From positions 1-42,007 of the forward strand of contig DATAMW010000043.1 of NCBI GenBank assembly GCA_036266555.1: 42,007 nt of DNA, written 5' to 3'. The notes under the pieces were generated by a model that had not been told where the DNA came from, ran no database searches, and saw only the letters and a list, made by a program, of their open reading frames with translations. Source of the DNA: Patescibacteria group bacterium (lineage in GTDB: Bacteria; Patescibacteriota; Doudnabacteria; UBA920). Shown piece by piece: positions 32,970 through 39,812 of this stretch (position 1 is the stretch's first letter; every line of letters starts with the position of its first letter). The position numbers were made by a program, and so were the translations under genes.

Positions 32970-33281
32970 ATGCCCTACAAGAAACGAGAAGATTTATACG
33001 CTGCTCAGAAAAGGCATAGGCAAAGAATCCGTGCTCAGCTTTTTGACTTCTTGTCTACTAAATCATGCATTGATTGCGGAGAAGCTGATCCTATTTTGCT
33101 TGAGTTTGATCATGCTGATAGAAAAGATAAATTCAAAGACGTGTCAAAATTGTTGTCAGGACATTATTCATGGCTCACAATACAAACAGAAATTGCAAAA
33201 TGCGAAGTTAGATGTGCAAATTGCCACAGAAGAAAAACCTACATCCAATTTGGTTGGTGGGGTAGGAGTAAGCCCCTGTAG
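32970..33281 (+). CDS. small HNH endonuclease
   Basis: CIDCG...EFDHADRKDKF...CANCHRRKT gives CxxC...DH...N...CxxCH, an HNH/His-Me finger with a Zn-ribbon cysteine pair. The last 10 nt, including the TAG stop, lie inside tRNA-Arg(TCT). Confidence 0.8.
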   Translation: MPYKKREDLYAAQKRHRQRIRAQLFDFLSTKSCIDCGEADPILLEFDHADRKDKFKDVSKLLSGHYSWLTIQTEIAKCEVRCANCHRRKTYIQFGWWGRSKPL

Positions 33282-33346
33282 TTAAACGGATATAACTGCG
33301 GACTTCTAAGCCGTTATTCGAGGTTCGATTCCTCGCGGGGGCACCA
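33272..33346 (+). tRNA. tRNA-Arg (anticodon TCT), CCA encoded
   Basis: Hand fold: GCCCCTG-TA-GTTA-AACGGATA-TAAC-T-GCGGA-CTTCTAA-GCCGT-TATT-CGAGG-TTCGATT-CCTCG-CGGGGGC-A-CCA. The anticodon stem has a G-T pair at 27-43 and an A/G mismatch at 31-39. Confidence 0.8.
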
Positions 33347-33372
33347 AAAAAAACGCCATACGGCGTTTTTTT
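33347..33372. terminator. bidirectional terminator between two convergent tRNA-Arg genes
   Basis: A8-CGCC-atac-GGCG-T7. Confidence 0.8.
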
Positions 33373-33386
33373 GTTATATATTTTTC

Positions 33387-33463
33387 TGGTGCACCCGACA
33401 GGATTTGAACCTATGACCTCTCGCTCCGCAAGCGAACGCTCTATCCAGCTGAGCTACGGGTGC
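33387..33463 (-). tRNA. tRNA-Arg (anticodon GCG), CCA encoded
   Basis: The reverse complement folds as GCACCCG-TA-GCTC-AGCTGGATA-GAGC-G-TTCGC-TTGCGGA-GCGAG-AGGTC-ATAGG-TTCAAAT-CCTGT-CGGGTGC-A-CCA. Its body is a close paralogue of tRNA-Arg(TCG) at 8198-8274. Confidence 0.88.
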
Positions 33464-33489
33464 GCGTGTATTTGAATGAATACTACGAT

Positions 33490-33518
33490 ATTGTACTGAA
33501 TTTTTGCGGATTATGCAA
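33490..33518 (-). promoter_or_regulatory. sigma70-type promoter for tRNA-Arg(GCG), overlapping the dus stop codon
   Basis: On the minus strand: TTGCAT (33518-33513), a 17-nt spacer, then TACAAT (33495-33490). Confidence 0.65.
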
Positions 33519-34551
33519 GGGTCTCTGGGTGTGAATTCCTAAATTTATTGATAACGCTTTCTAACTCTGATGCAGACTTAGTTTCAAACATTTGCGCGCG
33601 TAATTCTGCAGCGCCGTCAAACCCGGCAACATAGGCTTTAAAGTGGCGCTTCATCACATCAAAGGCTTTGGTACCAGAAAAATATTCTTCATACAACTTG
33701 GTGTGTTCAAGCAGCACGTTCAAGCGTTCTTCTAAGCTTGGCGCTGCGGCGGAAGTGCGGTCTCCGCGATTGCTAAACAACCATGGATTCCCAAAAATCG
33801 CGCGGCCGAGCATTACGCCGTCGCAGTTAGTCTCATCTATAAGTTTTTGGGCTTGTTCTAAATTTTGAACGTCACCATTGCCTAAAATTACTGGCCGATT
33901 TTCTGCAGTAGTGTGTTCGTTAATAAATTTTACAATCTTAGGCATTTCTTCCCAGTGCGCATCCACTTTAGACATTTCTTTTCTGGTGCGCAAATGAATG
34001 GCAATTGCTGCGGGCTGGGCTTCTAAAAGTTTGGCAATCCAATTTTCCCAATCTACCTTAGTGTCGCCAATTCGAATTTTAATTGATACAGGAATCTCCG
34101 CAGTGCCATGTTCAGCTGCGTATTCACTCGCTCCTTGTTTGCAAGCAAGAATTAAATCTTTGGCAATTTCCGGAGTGTGAAATAGTCCAGCACAAGAACC
34201 GCCGCGCACTGCATTTTTTTCTGGGCAACCCATGTTGATGTCGATACCGTCAAAACCTAAACTAGCAACCAGTTTTGTGGTTTCATAGAATTTTTCAGAC
34301 TTTGAACCAAACACCTGCGCCACAATTGGATGTTCTGCTTCAGAAAACTTTAAATAGTGCATCACTTTGTCATGACCTTTTTCGCTCATGAGTGCTTCGG
34401 TGGAAGCGAACTCCGTATAGAACACATCAGGTTTGCCGTACTTAGCAATAATATTACGAAAAGCCGCATCAGTTACATCATGCATAGGTGCTAAAACAAA
34501 GATTGGCTTGTGTAAATTTTTCCAGAAACCGCGAACAATTTCGTTAGTCAT
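33511..34551 (-). CDS. tRNA-dihydrouridine synthase (Dus family)
   Basis: FVLAPMHDVTDAAFR, INMGCP and a TIM-barrel FMN-binding pattern. Length 346 aa. Confidence 0.92.
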   Translation of the reverse strand: MTNEIVRGFWKNLHKPIFVLAPMHDVTDAAFRNIIAKYGKPDVFYTEFASTEALMSEKGHDKVMHYLKFSEAEHPIVAQVFGSKSEKFYETTKLVASLGFDGIDINMGCPEKNAVRGGSCAGLFHTPEIAKDLILACKQGASEYAAEHGTAEIPVSIKIRIGDTKVDWENWIAKLLEAQPAAIAIHLRTRKEMSKVDAHWEEMPKIVKFINEHTTAENRPVILGNGDVQNLEQAQKLIDETNCDGVMLGRAIFGNPWLFSNRGDRTSAAAPSLEERLNVLLEHTKLYEEYFSGTKAFDVMKRHFKAYVAGFDGAAELRAQMFETKSASELESVINKFRNSHPETLA

Positions 34552-34558
34552 AGTGCTT

Positions 34559-34564
34559 ATTATA
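34559..34564 (-). promoter_or_regulatory. -10 hexamer TATAAT 7 nt upstream of the dus ATG (leaderless candidate)
   Basis: The minus strand reads TATAAT (34564-34559), then AAGCACT, then ATG (34551). It lies just downstream of the terminator that ends the 27-aa peptide gene. Confidence 0.45.
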
Positions 34565-34580
34565 GTGGAAATTGGGCAAA

Positions 34581-34606
34581 GAAAAAAGCGGCTTAAATTC
34601 AGCCGC
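34581..34606 (-). terminator. intrinsic terminator of the small peptide gene
   Basis: The minus strand reads GCGGCT-gaattta-AGCCGC followed by TTTTTTC. Confidence 0.8.
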
Positions 34607-34631
34607 GCGAGAGTTGAGTAACGGAGACGGG

Positions 34632-34715
34632 TTAGAACACCCTGTCGAACTTATCGTAGATGTTGTACGCGAGGAGCGCACATACGATAATCGTGAAGAT
34701 GATCGTCTTCTTCAT
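34632..34715 (-). CDS. 27-aa hydrophobic peptide (MKKTIIFTIIVCALLAYNIYDKFDRVF)
   Basis: Not in the ORF track because it is under 60 aa. AGGAG sits 6 nt upstream of the ATG. It has its own TTGACG-N16-TATAAT promoter and its own terminator. The peptide has one predicted TM helix after an MKK start. Confidence 0.6.
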   Translation of the reverse strand: MKKTIIFTIIVCALLAYNIYDKFDRVF

Positions 34716-34753
34716 GGGATTCTCCTGAGGGTTGGGATAGGTAAAGCAATGTC

Positions 34754-34781
34754 ATTATATACCTTGCGGGAAAGCCGTCAA
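34754..34781 (-). promoter_or_regulatory. sigma70 promoter of the 27-aa peptide gene
   Basis: On the minus strand: TTGACG (34781-34776), a 16-nt spacer, then TATAAT (34759-34754). Confidence 0.7.
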
Positions 34782-34813
34782 GCGCGGTTTTGGGAGTGCG
34801 ATTAAAGCCGCTT

Positions 34814-35815
34814 TTACTTAGTATTATGAAACTTTTTGTGTACCTCGCGTAACCGGTCATTAGTTACGTGAGTGTAGATTTGCGTCGTAGTAATAGAGGC
34901 GTGGCCAAGTAAAGTTTGCACACTGCGAATATCAGCGCCATTTTGCAACAAGTCAGTGGCAAAACTGTGGCGGAATGTGTGAGGCGTAACTTTGTGCATG
35001 ATCCCAGCAATAGCGGCGTATTTTTTTACTAACCGTTGCACACTGCGTGCGGTTAAGCCAGCAGCATTGTGTTGATCGGATTTTTTGCCAATTGCTTCCA
35101 TTTGTTTGGTTACATCATTGCCAATCGCACTGTGGCTGACAAATAAAGCTGGCGAATTGTCATTACGTTTTTTTAAGTAAGCTTTAATCATTTTCCCTGC
35201 TTCGTCGGACATAAATACCAAACGAAGTTTGTCGCCTTTGCCGCGCACTGTAAATTCACCGCGTTCAAAGTTTAATTGTTTTTGATTCAACTGTACAAGT
35301 TCAGAAATACGCACCCCGCTGGAAAACAGTAGTTCTAAAATTGCTGCATCGCGGAGTTGCGCTAGTTCATTTTCCTCCGAACTGACTGCAGTTTTAATGC
35401 GACCAACTTCTTCGTTAGTCATAATGTCTACTTCGCGTGCCGGATTCTTGGCTAACTCAATTTTTTCTGCGGAAAGCGTATCTATGTCGCGGCGCGCTAA
35501 GTATTTCAGAAAAGCGCGTACCGCAATGACATGATAGTTCTGCGTAACAGGCTTTAAACTCTTGCCGCTGCGTTCATCAGTTAAACGATTTAAAAATAGT
35601 CGGTAGGAGCGAACTGTGTCCAAAATAATCTGTTCAGGCTTGGTAATGCCTTGTGTACGGCAAAAATCGGCAAAGCGGGCGAGATAGTGGGCATAGTTGC
35701 GAATCGTCAAAAGGCTCTTATTCTTCTCTATTTCACAATATTCCAAAAAGTCCTGGATATTCTTTTCAATCGCAGTTTTTTGGACTTTAGTGGTTTTTGT
35801 TTCAGTTTCAGGCAT
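34814..35815 (-). CDS. tyrosine recombinase, XerC/XerD family
   Basis: An N-terminal SAM-like core-binding domain. The C-terminal catalytic region reads ...TPHTFRHSFATDLLQNGADIRSVQTLLGHASITTTQIYTHV (R..HxxR..Y). Confidence 0.92.
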   Translation of the reverse strand: MPETETKTTKVQKTAIEKNIQDFLEYCEIEKNKSLLTIRNYAHYLARFADFCRTQGITKPEQIILDTVRSYRLFLNRLTDERSGKSLKPVTQNYHVIAVRAFLKYLARRDIDTLSAEKIELAKNPAREVDIMTNEEVGRIKTAVSSEENELAQLRDAAILELLFSSGVRISELVQLNQKQLNFERGEFTVRGKGDKLRLVFMSDEAGKMIKAYLKKRNDNSPALFVSHSAIGNDVTKQMEAIGKKSDQHNAAGLTARSVQRLVKKYAAIAGIMHKVTPHTFRHSFATDLLQNGADIRSVQTLLGHASITTTQIYTHVTNDRLREVHKKFHNTK

Positions 35816-35888
35816 TTGTTACTCTTTTCCTAATTATATCATAAATTGCGCGCCGTAAAACGTTCAATTGTACGACGACCGTCCAGAT

Positions 35889-35917
35889 TTGCAAATTTCA
35901 AGGGTTTTTGATATAAT
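35889..35917 (+). promoter_or_regulatory. sigma70 promoter of rpsO
   Basis: TTGCAA (35889-35894), a 17-nt spacer ending in TGa, then TATAAT (35912-35917). The ~65-nt leader contains the CGCCAG...CTGGCG hairpin. Confidence 0.75.
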
Positions 35918-35984
35918 CAGTACATAAATTAACTGCACGCGCCAGAATATACTGCTGGCGTCGTCTAAAGAAAGATCAAAGTAT

Positions 35985-36260
35985 ATGTTGACCAAGAAAG
36001 AAAAAGACGCAATCATGCGCAAGTTCCAGACTCATAAAGATGATACTGGTTCTCCGGAAGTGCAAATCGCTGTTTTGACTAAAGAAATTGAACAGGTTAG
36101 CGAACATTTGCAAGTTCACAAAAAAGATAATCACTCCCGCCGGGGTTTGCTAAAAATGGTTGGAAATCGTCGTCGTTTGCTTCGTTACCTTAAAGGTGAA
36201 GATGCAAAGCGCTACGACAAGCTAACAGATAAGTTGAAATTGAAGAAAGACTCTAATTAA
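35985..36260 (+). CDS. rpsO: 30S ribosomal protein S15
   Basis: 91 aa with [37 protein letters not shown], the classic S15 sequence. Confidence 0.97.
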   Translation: MLTKKEKDAIMRKFQTHKDDTGSPEVQIAVLTKEIEQVSEHLQVHKKDNHSRRGLLKMVGNRRRLLRYLKGEDAKRYDKLTDKLKLKKDSN

Positions 36261-36269
36261 AGATTGGCC

Positions 36270-36300
36270 GCCGCGCGCCTCCAGCGCGCGGCTTGATATT
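36270..36300 (+). terminator. GC-rich intrinsic terminator after rpsO
   Basis: GCCGCGCGC-ctcca-GCGCGCGGC followed by TTGATATTATTT. Confidence 0.8.
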
Positions 36301-36304
36301 ATTT

Positions 36305-36697
36305 ATGACACAACAAGCACCTTGGGATTTAGACGAATTCGAAAAAGAGTGGATCAAAATTGCTGAAGAAGTGGTGAATCAGCTTTTGGCCAATACAGAA
36401 ATTGAACAGATCAAACAGCGCGTTCGCGAAAGCGGTCATGTTGAATTGGATGATCGTGAACAATTTATTGAATTGGTAAACAAGATCAAGTACGAAGTGA
36501 TTTACAATGCGTTCGGCGAAGAAGGCACTGATAGTTACAACGAATTCCAAAAAGCATGGCAGCACTGGATGAAACTCAAAGCGACTACCATGACCAAACC
36601 AGGAAATATGTTTGAAGATAATATTCACCATTTATTGTTCGGCAGCACTCCAGACCCAGATGCATTCCTAAAAGATTTTGATGTAAACAAGGATTAA
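36305..36697 (+). CDS. acidic hypothetical protein inserted between rpsO and pnp
   Basis: 130 aa from ATG 36305 (MTQQAPWDLDEF...). No family recognised. Confidence 0.6.
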   Translation: MTQQAPWDLDEFEKEWIKIAEEVVNQLLANTEIEQIKQRVRESGHVELDDREQFIELVNKIKYEVIYNAFGEEGTDSYNEFQKAWQHWMKLKATTMTKPGNMFEDNIHHLLFGSTPDPDAFLKDFDVNKD

Positions 36698-36767
36698 CTC
36701 TATTAATTTAATCAATTAACTAATTAATTAAACTTTCTCCACGAAACAAGTTCCAAGAGTACAGCCT

Positions 36768-36891
36768 CCAATGGCTTAAAATTGTTTTGTCTAACGAAAT
36801 TATCGGAGCACACCTAGCGAGCACGTTAGTGCGAAGCATTAGCGTAGCGACCTAATTGAGGCGACAAAACAATTTTAGAAGCCACCATTGG
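36768..36891 (+). promoter_or_regulatory. long-range hairpin in the pnp 5' leader
   Basis: CCAATGGC (36768-36775) plus AAAATTGTTTTGTC (36778-36791) pair with GACAAAACAATTTT (36863-36876) plus GCC-acc-ATTGG (36881-36891). That gives a 14-bp perfect core plus an 8-bp outer helix with bulges, enclosing 71 nt. Confidence 0.6.
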
Positions 36892-36941
36892 ACATTGCAC
36901 TTTTGGCCGCTTGCATCTGGAGCAAAGCGAAAGGTATCTAA

Positions 36942-39248
36942 ATGGATACAAAGAAAATTTCTGCAAACATTGCAGGAGCTGAATGGACCTTTGAAACAGG
37001 TCATTTAGCAAATCAGGCTAGCGGAGCTGTATTGGCTCGCGTTGGCGACACTGTGGTTTTAGCAGTGGCAGTTTTAAAAGGTGATCCGCGCGAAGGCATT
37101 GATTACTTTCCTCTATTAGTAGACTACGAAGAAAAGCTATACGCTGCAGGAAAAATTAAAGGTAGTCGTTGGGTAAAGCGTGAAGGCCGCCCAACTGATG
37201 AAGCGATTTTAACCGGACGCGTTATTGACCGTTCTCTTCGTCCGTTATTCCCAGATGGCATGCGCAACGACGTCCAAGTGGTTGCAACCGTGCTTTCTAT
37301 TGATGGTGAAAATGAACCAGACATGATTGCAGTAAACGCTGCTTCCATGGCTCTTCATATTTCTAATATTCCTTTTGATGGTCCAGTTGGCGCAGTGCGC
37401 GTTGGAAAAATTAATGGCGAATTTGTTGCTAATCCAAATAAAGAACAACGCGAAATTTCTGAAATGGATTTGATTGTTTGTGGTACCGCAGAACACATTA
37501 TTATGGTAGAAGCTGGGGCGAATCTTGTTCCTGAAGAAGATATTGTTGAAGGTATTAAAGTTGCACAAATTTCTTTGAAAGCTTTAGCGCAAATTCAAGA
37601 TGACTTTAAAGCGCAAGTTGGCAAACCAAAAACTGAAAACTATATTGTAATCAAACCACACGACGCTGTGCTAGAAAAAGTGAAAGAACTGTTGACTGCA
37701 GAAAAAATTGAAGCAGCGTTGTATGTGCCTGATCATCAAGTGCGTGGCGCAAACTCAAAAGCGTTAACAAAAGAAATTGTGGCTGCAACTGAAGCTGCTC
37801 TTGGCGAAGTTGAAGGTGTGAATGTTGCAAAAGATGCTTATCTTGCAATCGACACTGTATTAAAGAAATACATGCAAAAGCAAATCCTTGAAAAAGACCG
37901 TCGCGTTGATGGTCGCGCTATGGATGAAACTCGCAAAATTACTGCAGAAGTTGGCGTGTTGCCGCGTACTCATGGTTCTGCATTGTTCACTCGTGGTGAA
38001 ACTCAAGTTCTAACTGTTACTACTTTAGGCAGTAAAGGTGATGAGCAATTATTAGACGGCATGGAAGATCCTTCCGAAGGCCGCGCAAAACGTTATATTC
38101 ATCACTACAACTTCCCAGGATATTCTGTTGGTGAAGTTTCTCCAAACCGTGGCGCTGGTCGTCGCGAAATTGGTCATGGTGCTTTAGCAGAACGCGCAGT
38201 AGAAATTGTGTTGCCTCCTCAAGAAGAGTTTCCATACACAATGCGTTTAGTTTCCGAAACCATGTCTTCTAACGGTTCAACCTCTATGGCTTCCACTTGC
38301 GGTTCATCACTTAGCTTGATGGATGCTGGTGTACCGATTACCGACATTATTGGTGGCGTAGCTATGGGCTTAGTTATGGATGAATCAAATCCAAATAATT
38401 TTAAAGTGTTAACAGACATTGCTGGAATCGAAGACTTTAATGGTCACATGGACTTTAAAGTGACTGGTTCAGAAAAAGGTGTGTCTGCTTTGCAATTAGA
38501 TATTAAAGTTAAAGGCTTAACTGCAGAGATTTTGGCAGAAGCATTGAAGGCTGCAAAACCTGCGCGCATGCACATTCTTTCTAAAATGAAGGAAGCTTTG
38601 GCTGAACCTCGCAAAGAACTTTCTCAATACGCACCACGCATTACCAGCTTCATGATCAAACCTGACCAAATTCGTGATGTAATTGGTAGCGGCGGTAAAA
38701 TCATCAATGGAATTATTGCTGAATGTCCTGGTGTGAAAATTGATATCGAAGACAGTGGTCTTGTAATGGTTTCTTCTGTTGATGCAGCTGCATCCGAAAA
38801 AGCAGTGAAGATGATTCAAGATATTGTGCGCGAAGTTATGCCAGGCGAAGTGTTTGAAGGTAAAGTTGTGAAGTTGATGGATTTCGGTGCATTTGTGCAA
38901 ATCCTTCCAGGCAAAGATGGTATGGTGCACATTTCTCAATTGGCAAATTATCGTGTGAACAAAGTGGAAGATGTTGTCCAAGTTGGTGACACTTTGAAAG
39001 TTCAAGTTCAGGAAATTGATGACATGGGCCGCATTAACTTAACCCACAAACCATTTGCTCCAGAACCAACTGCAGAGCAGTTAGCTAGCAGTGGTGGTTC
39101 AGGTGGTAGCGGCAGCGACCGTGGTGGCCGACCGAGTGGTGGTAGTCGTGGTGGATTCGGTGGCGGCAGTGACCGTGGTGGCCGCGGCAACACACGCCCG
39201 GGCTTCCCGCAACGAGCCCCTCGCCCGCATGGCGCAAATCGGTCTTAG
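36942..39248 (+). CDS. pnp: polyribonucleotide nucleotidyltransferase (PNPase) with a Gly/Arg/Ser-rich C-terminal tail
   Basis: Two RNase PH domains, KH and S1 domains. The C-terminal ~65 aa read SSGGSGGSGSDRGGRPSGGSRGGFGGGSDRGGRGNTRPGFPQRAPRPHGANRS. Confidence 0.97.
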   Translation: MDTKKISANIAGAEWTFETGHLANQASGAVLARVGDTVVLAVAVLKGDPREGIDYFPLLVDYEEKLYAAGKIKGSRWVKREGRPTDEAILTGRVIDRSLRPLFPDGMRNDVQVVATVLSIDGENEPDMIAVNAASMALHISNIPFDGPVGAVRVGKINGEFVANPNKEQREISEMDLIVCGTAEHIIMVEAGANLVPEEDIVEGIKVAQISLKALAQIQDDFKAQVGKPKTENYIVIKPHDAVLEKVKELLTAEKIEAALYVPDHQVRGANSKALTKEIVAATEAALGEVEGVNVAKDAYLAIDTVLKKYMQKQILEKDRRVDGRAMDETRKITAEVGVLPRTHGSALFTRGETQVLTVTTLGSKGDEQLLDGMEDPSEGRAKRYIHHYNFPGYSVGEVSPNRGAGRREIGHGALAERAVEIVLPPQEEFPYTMRLVSETMSSNGSTSMASTCGSSLSLMDAGVPITDIIGGVAMGLVMDESNPNNFKVLTDIAGIEDFNGHMDFKVTGSEKGVSALQLDIKVKGLTAEILAEALKAAKPARMHILSKMKEALAEPRKELSQYAPRITSFMIKPDQIRDVIGSGGKIINGIIAECPGVKIDIEDSGLVMVSSVDAAASEKAVKMIQDIVREVMPGEVFEGKVVKLMDFGAFVQILPGKDGMVHISQLANYRVNKVEDVVQVGDTLKVQVQEIDDMGRINLTHKPFAPEPTAEQLASSGGSGGSGSDRGGRPSGGSRGGFGGGSDRGGRGNTRPGFPQRAPRPHGANRS

Positions 39249-39264
39249 AAAATTTGTCTTCAAA

Positions 39265-39289
39265 AAGACACCGCGAGGTGTCTTTTTTG
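39265..39289 (+). terminator. intrinsic terminator after pnp
   Basis: AAGACACC-gcga-GGTGTCTT followed by TTTT. Confidence 0.88.
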
Positions 39290-39294
39290 TTGGG

Positions 39295-39402
39295 CTATTT
39301 TTTGTTCTTCTTGTTGTGCTCGATTGAAGGTTTAATTACTGTGTAGTATAGAATCAAAAGCGCTACTCCTAAGCCAAAATAAATATATAATATTGAATCC
39401 AT
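39295..39402 (-). CDS. possible 35-aa single-TM peptide (MDSILYIYFGLGVALLILYYTVIKPSIEHNKKNKK)
   Basis: Hand-translated small ORF that starts 4 nt downstream of the stop of the 39407-39598 ORF. It has a hydrophobic core and a basic tail. There is no SD and no homology evidence. Confidence 0.3.
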   Translation of the reverse strand: MDSILYIYFGLGVALLILYYTVIKPSIEHNKKNKK

Positions 39403-39406
39403 AGAT

Positions 39407-39598
39407 TTAACTTATTTTAATGCTTGTAAACCAAAACGCAAAACTTATAATTGCCCCTGCTATTAAATGGAGGGGCTCAAATTGAGAAATAAATGAGGGC
39501 ACGATTGTGGAAGCCGTTATCAATAAAGCAATATCAGAAAGAACATCTGCTAACTGATCGACTTGCTTCTCTGTTAAATTAAGCATAGGAAATACCAT
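39407..39598 (-). CDS. possible small membrane protein (about 63 aa from ATG 39598; the track uses TTG 39610)
   Basis: Two hydrophobic segments. Weak AAAGG sits just upstream of the ATG. No family recognised. Confidence 0.35.
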   Translation of the reverse strand: MVFPMLNLTEKQVDQLADVLSDIALLITASTIVPSFISQFEPLHLIAGAIISFAFWFTSIKIS

Positions 39599-39715
39599 GG
39601 CCTTTGTCAATTAATAGTGATATTAAAAGTTTGGCATAACCTAGATAAAATCCATGTAAAATTATTTTAAAGTTTTGGTCAAGATTTCGGATCTAAAGTG
39701 AAGCGGCCAGCACTA

Positions 39716-39744
39716 TTGACCATTACAAAGAAATGTTGTATAAA
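39716..39744 (+). promoter_or_regulatory. sigma70 promoter of the 300-aa ORFan
   Basis: TTGACC (39716-39721), a 17-nt spacer, then TATAAA (39739-39744). Confidence 0.65.
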
Positions 39745-39812
39745 TAGTAGTTGTAGTGAATTCTACGACCAGTCGCTTCGGTGAACTGATACCAAATAGG
39801 AGGATGATGATA

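Noticed and set aside
32839-33285. 148-aa plus-strand ORF in another frame, overlapping the histidine kinase 5' end and the HNH gene.
   Set aside because: It has no motifs and would overlap the kinase start. The 32970 frame carries a complete HNH/Zn-finger signature and a promoter correctly placed for it.
34572-34860. Track ORFs 34572-34805 (plus, 77 aa) and 34651-34860 (minus, 69 aa).
   Set aside because: They span a terminator, the 27-aa peptide gene, its promoter and the xer stop. Neither has expression signals. The short minus-strand ORF with promoter, SD and terminator explains the region better.
34814-35815. Tyrosine recombinase near tRNA-Arg genes as the integrase of an integrated mobile element.
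   Set aside because: The sequence has the XerC/XerD-type SAM-like N-domain and the LLGHASITTTQIYTHV C-terminus. The flanking genes (dus, rpsO) are housekeeping. I saw no direct repeats of the tRNA 3' ends. It is most likely the chromosome-dimer resolvase.
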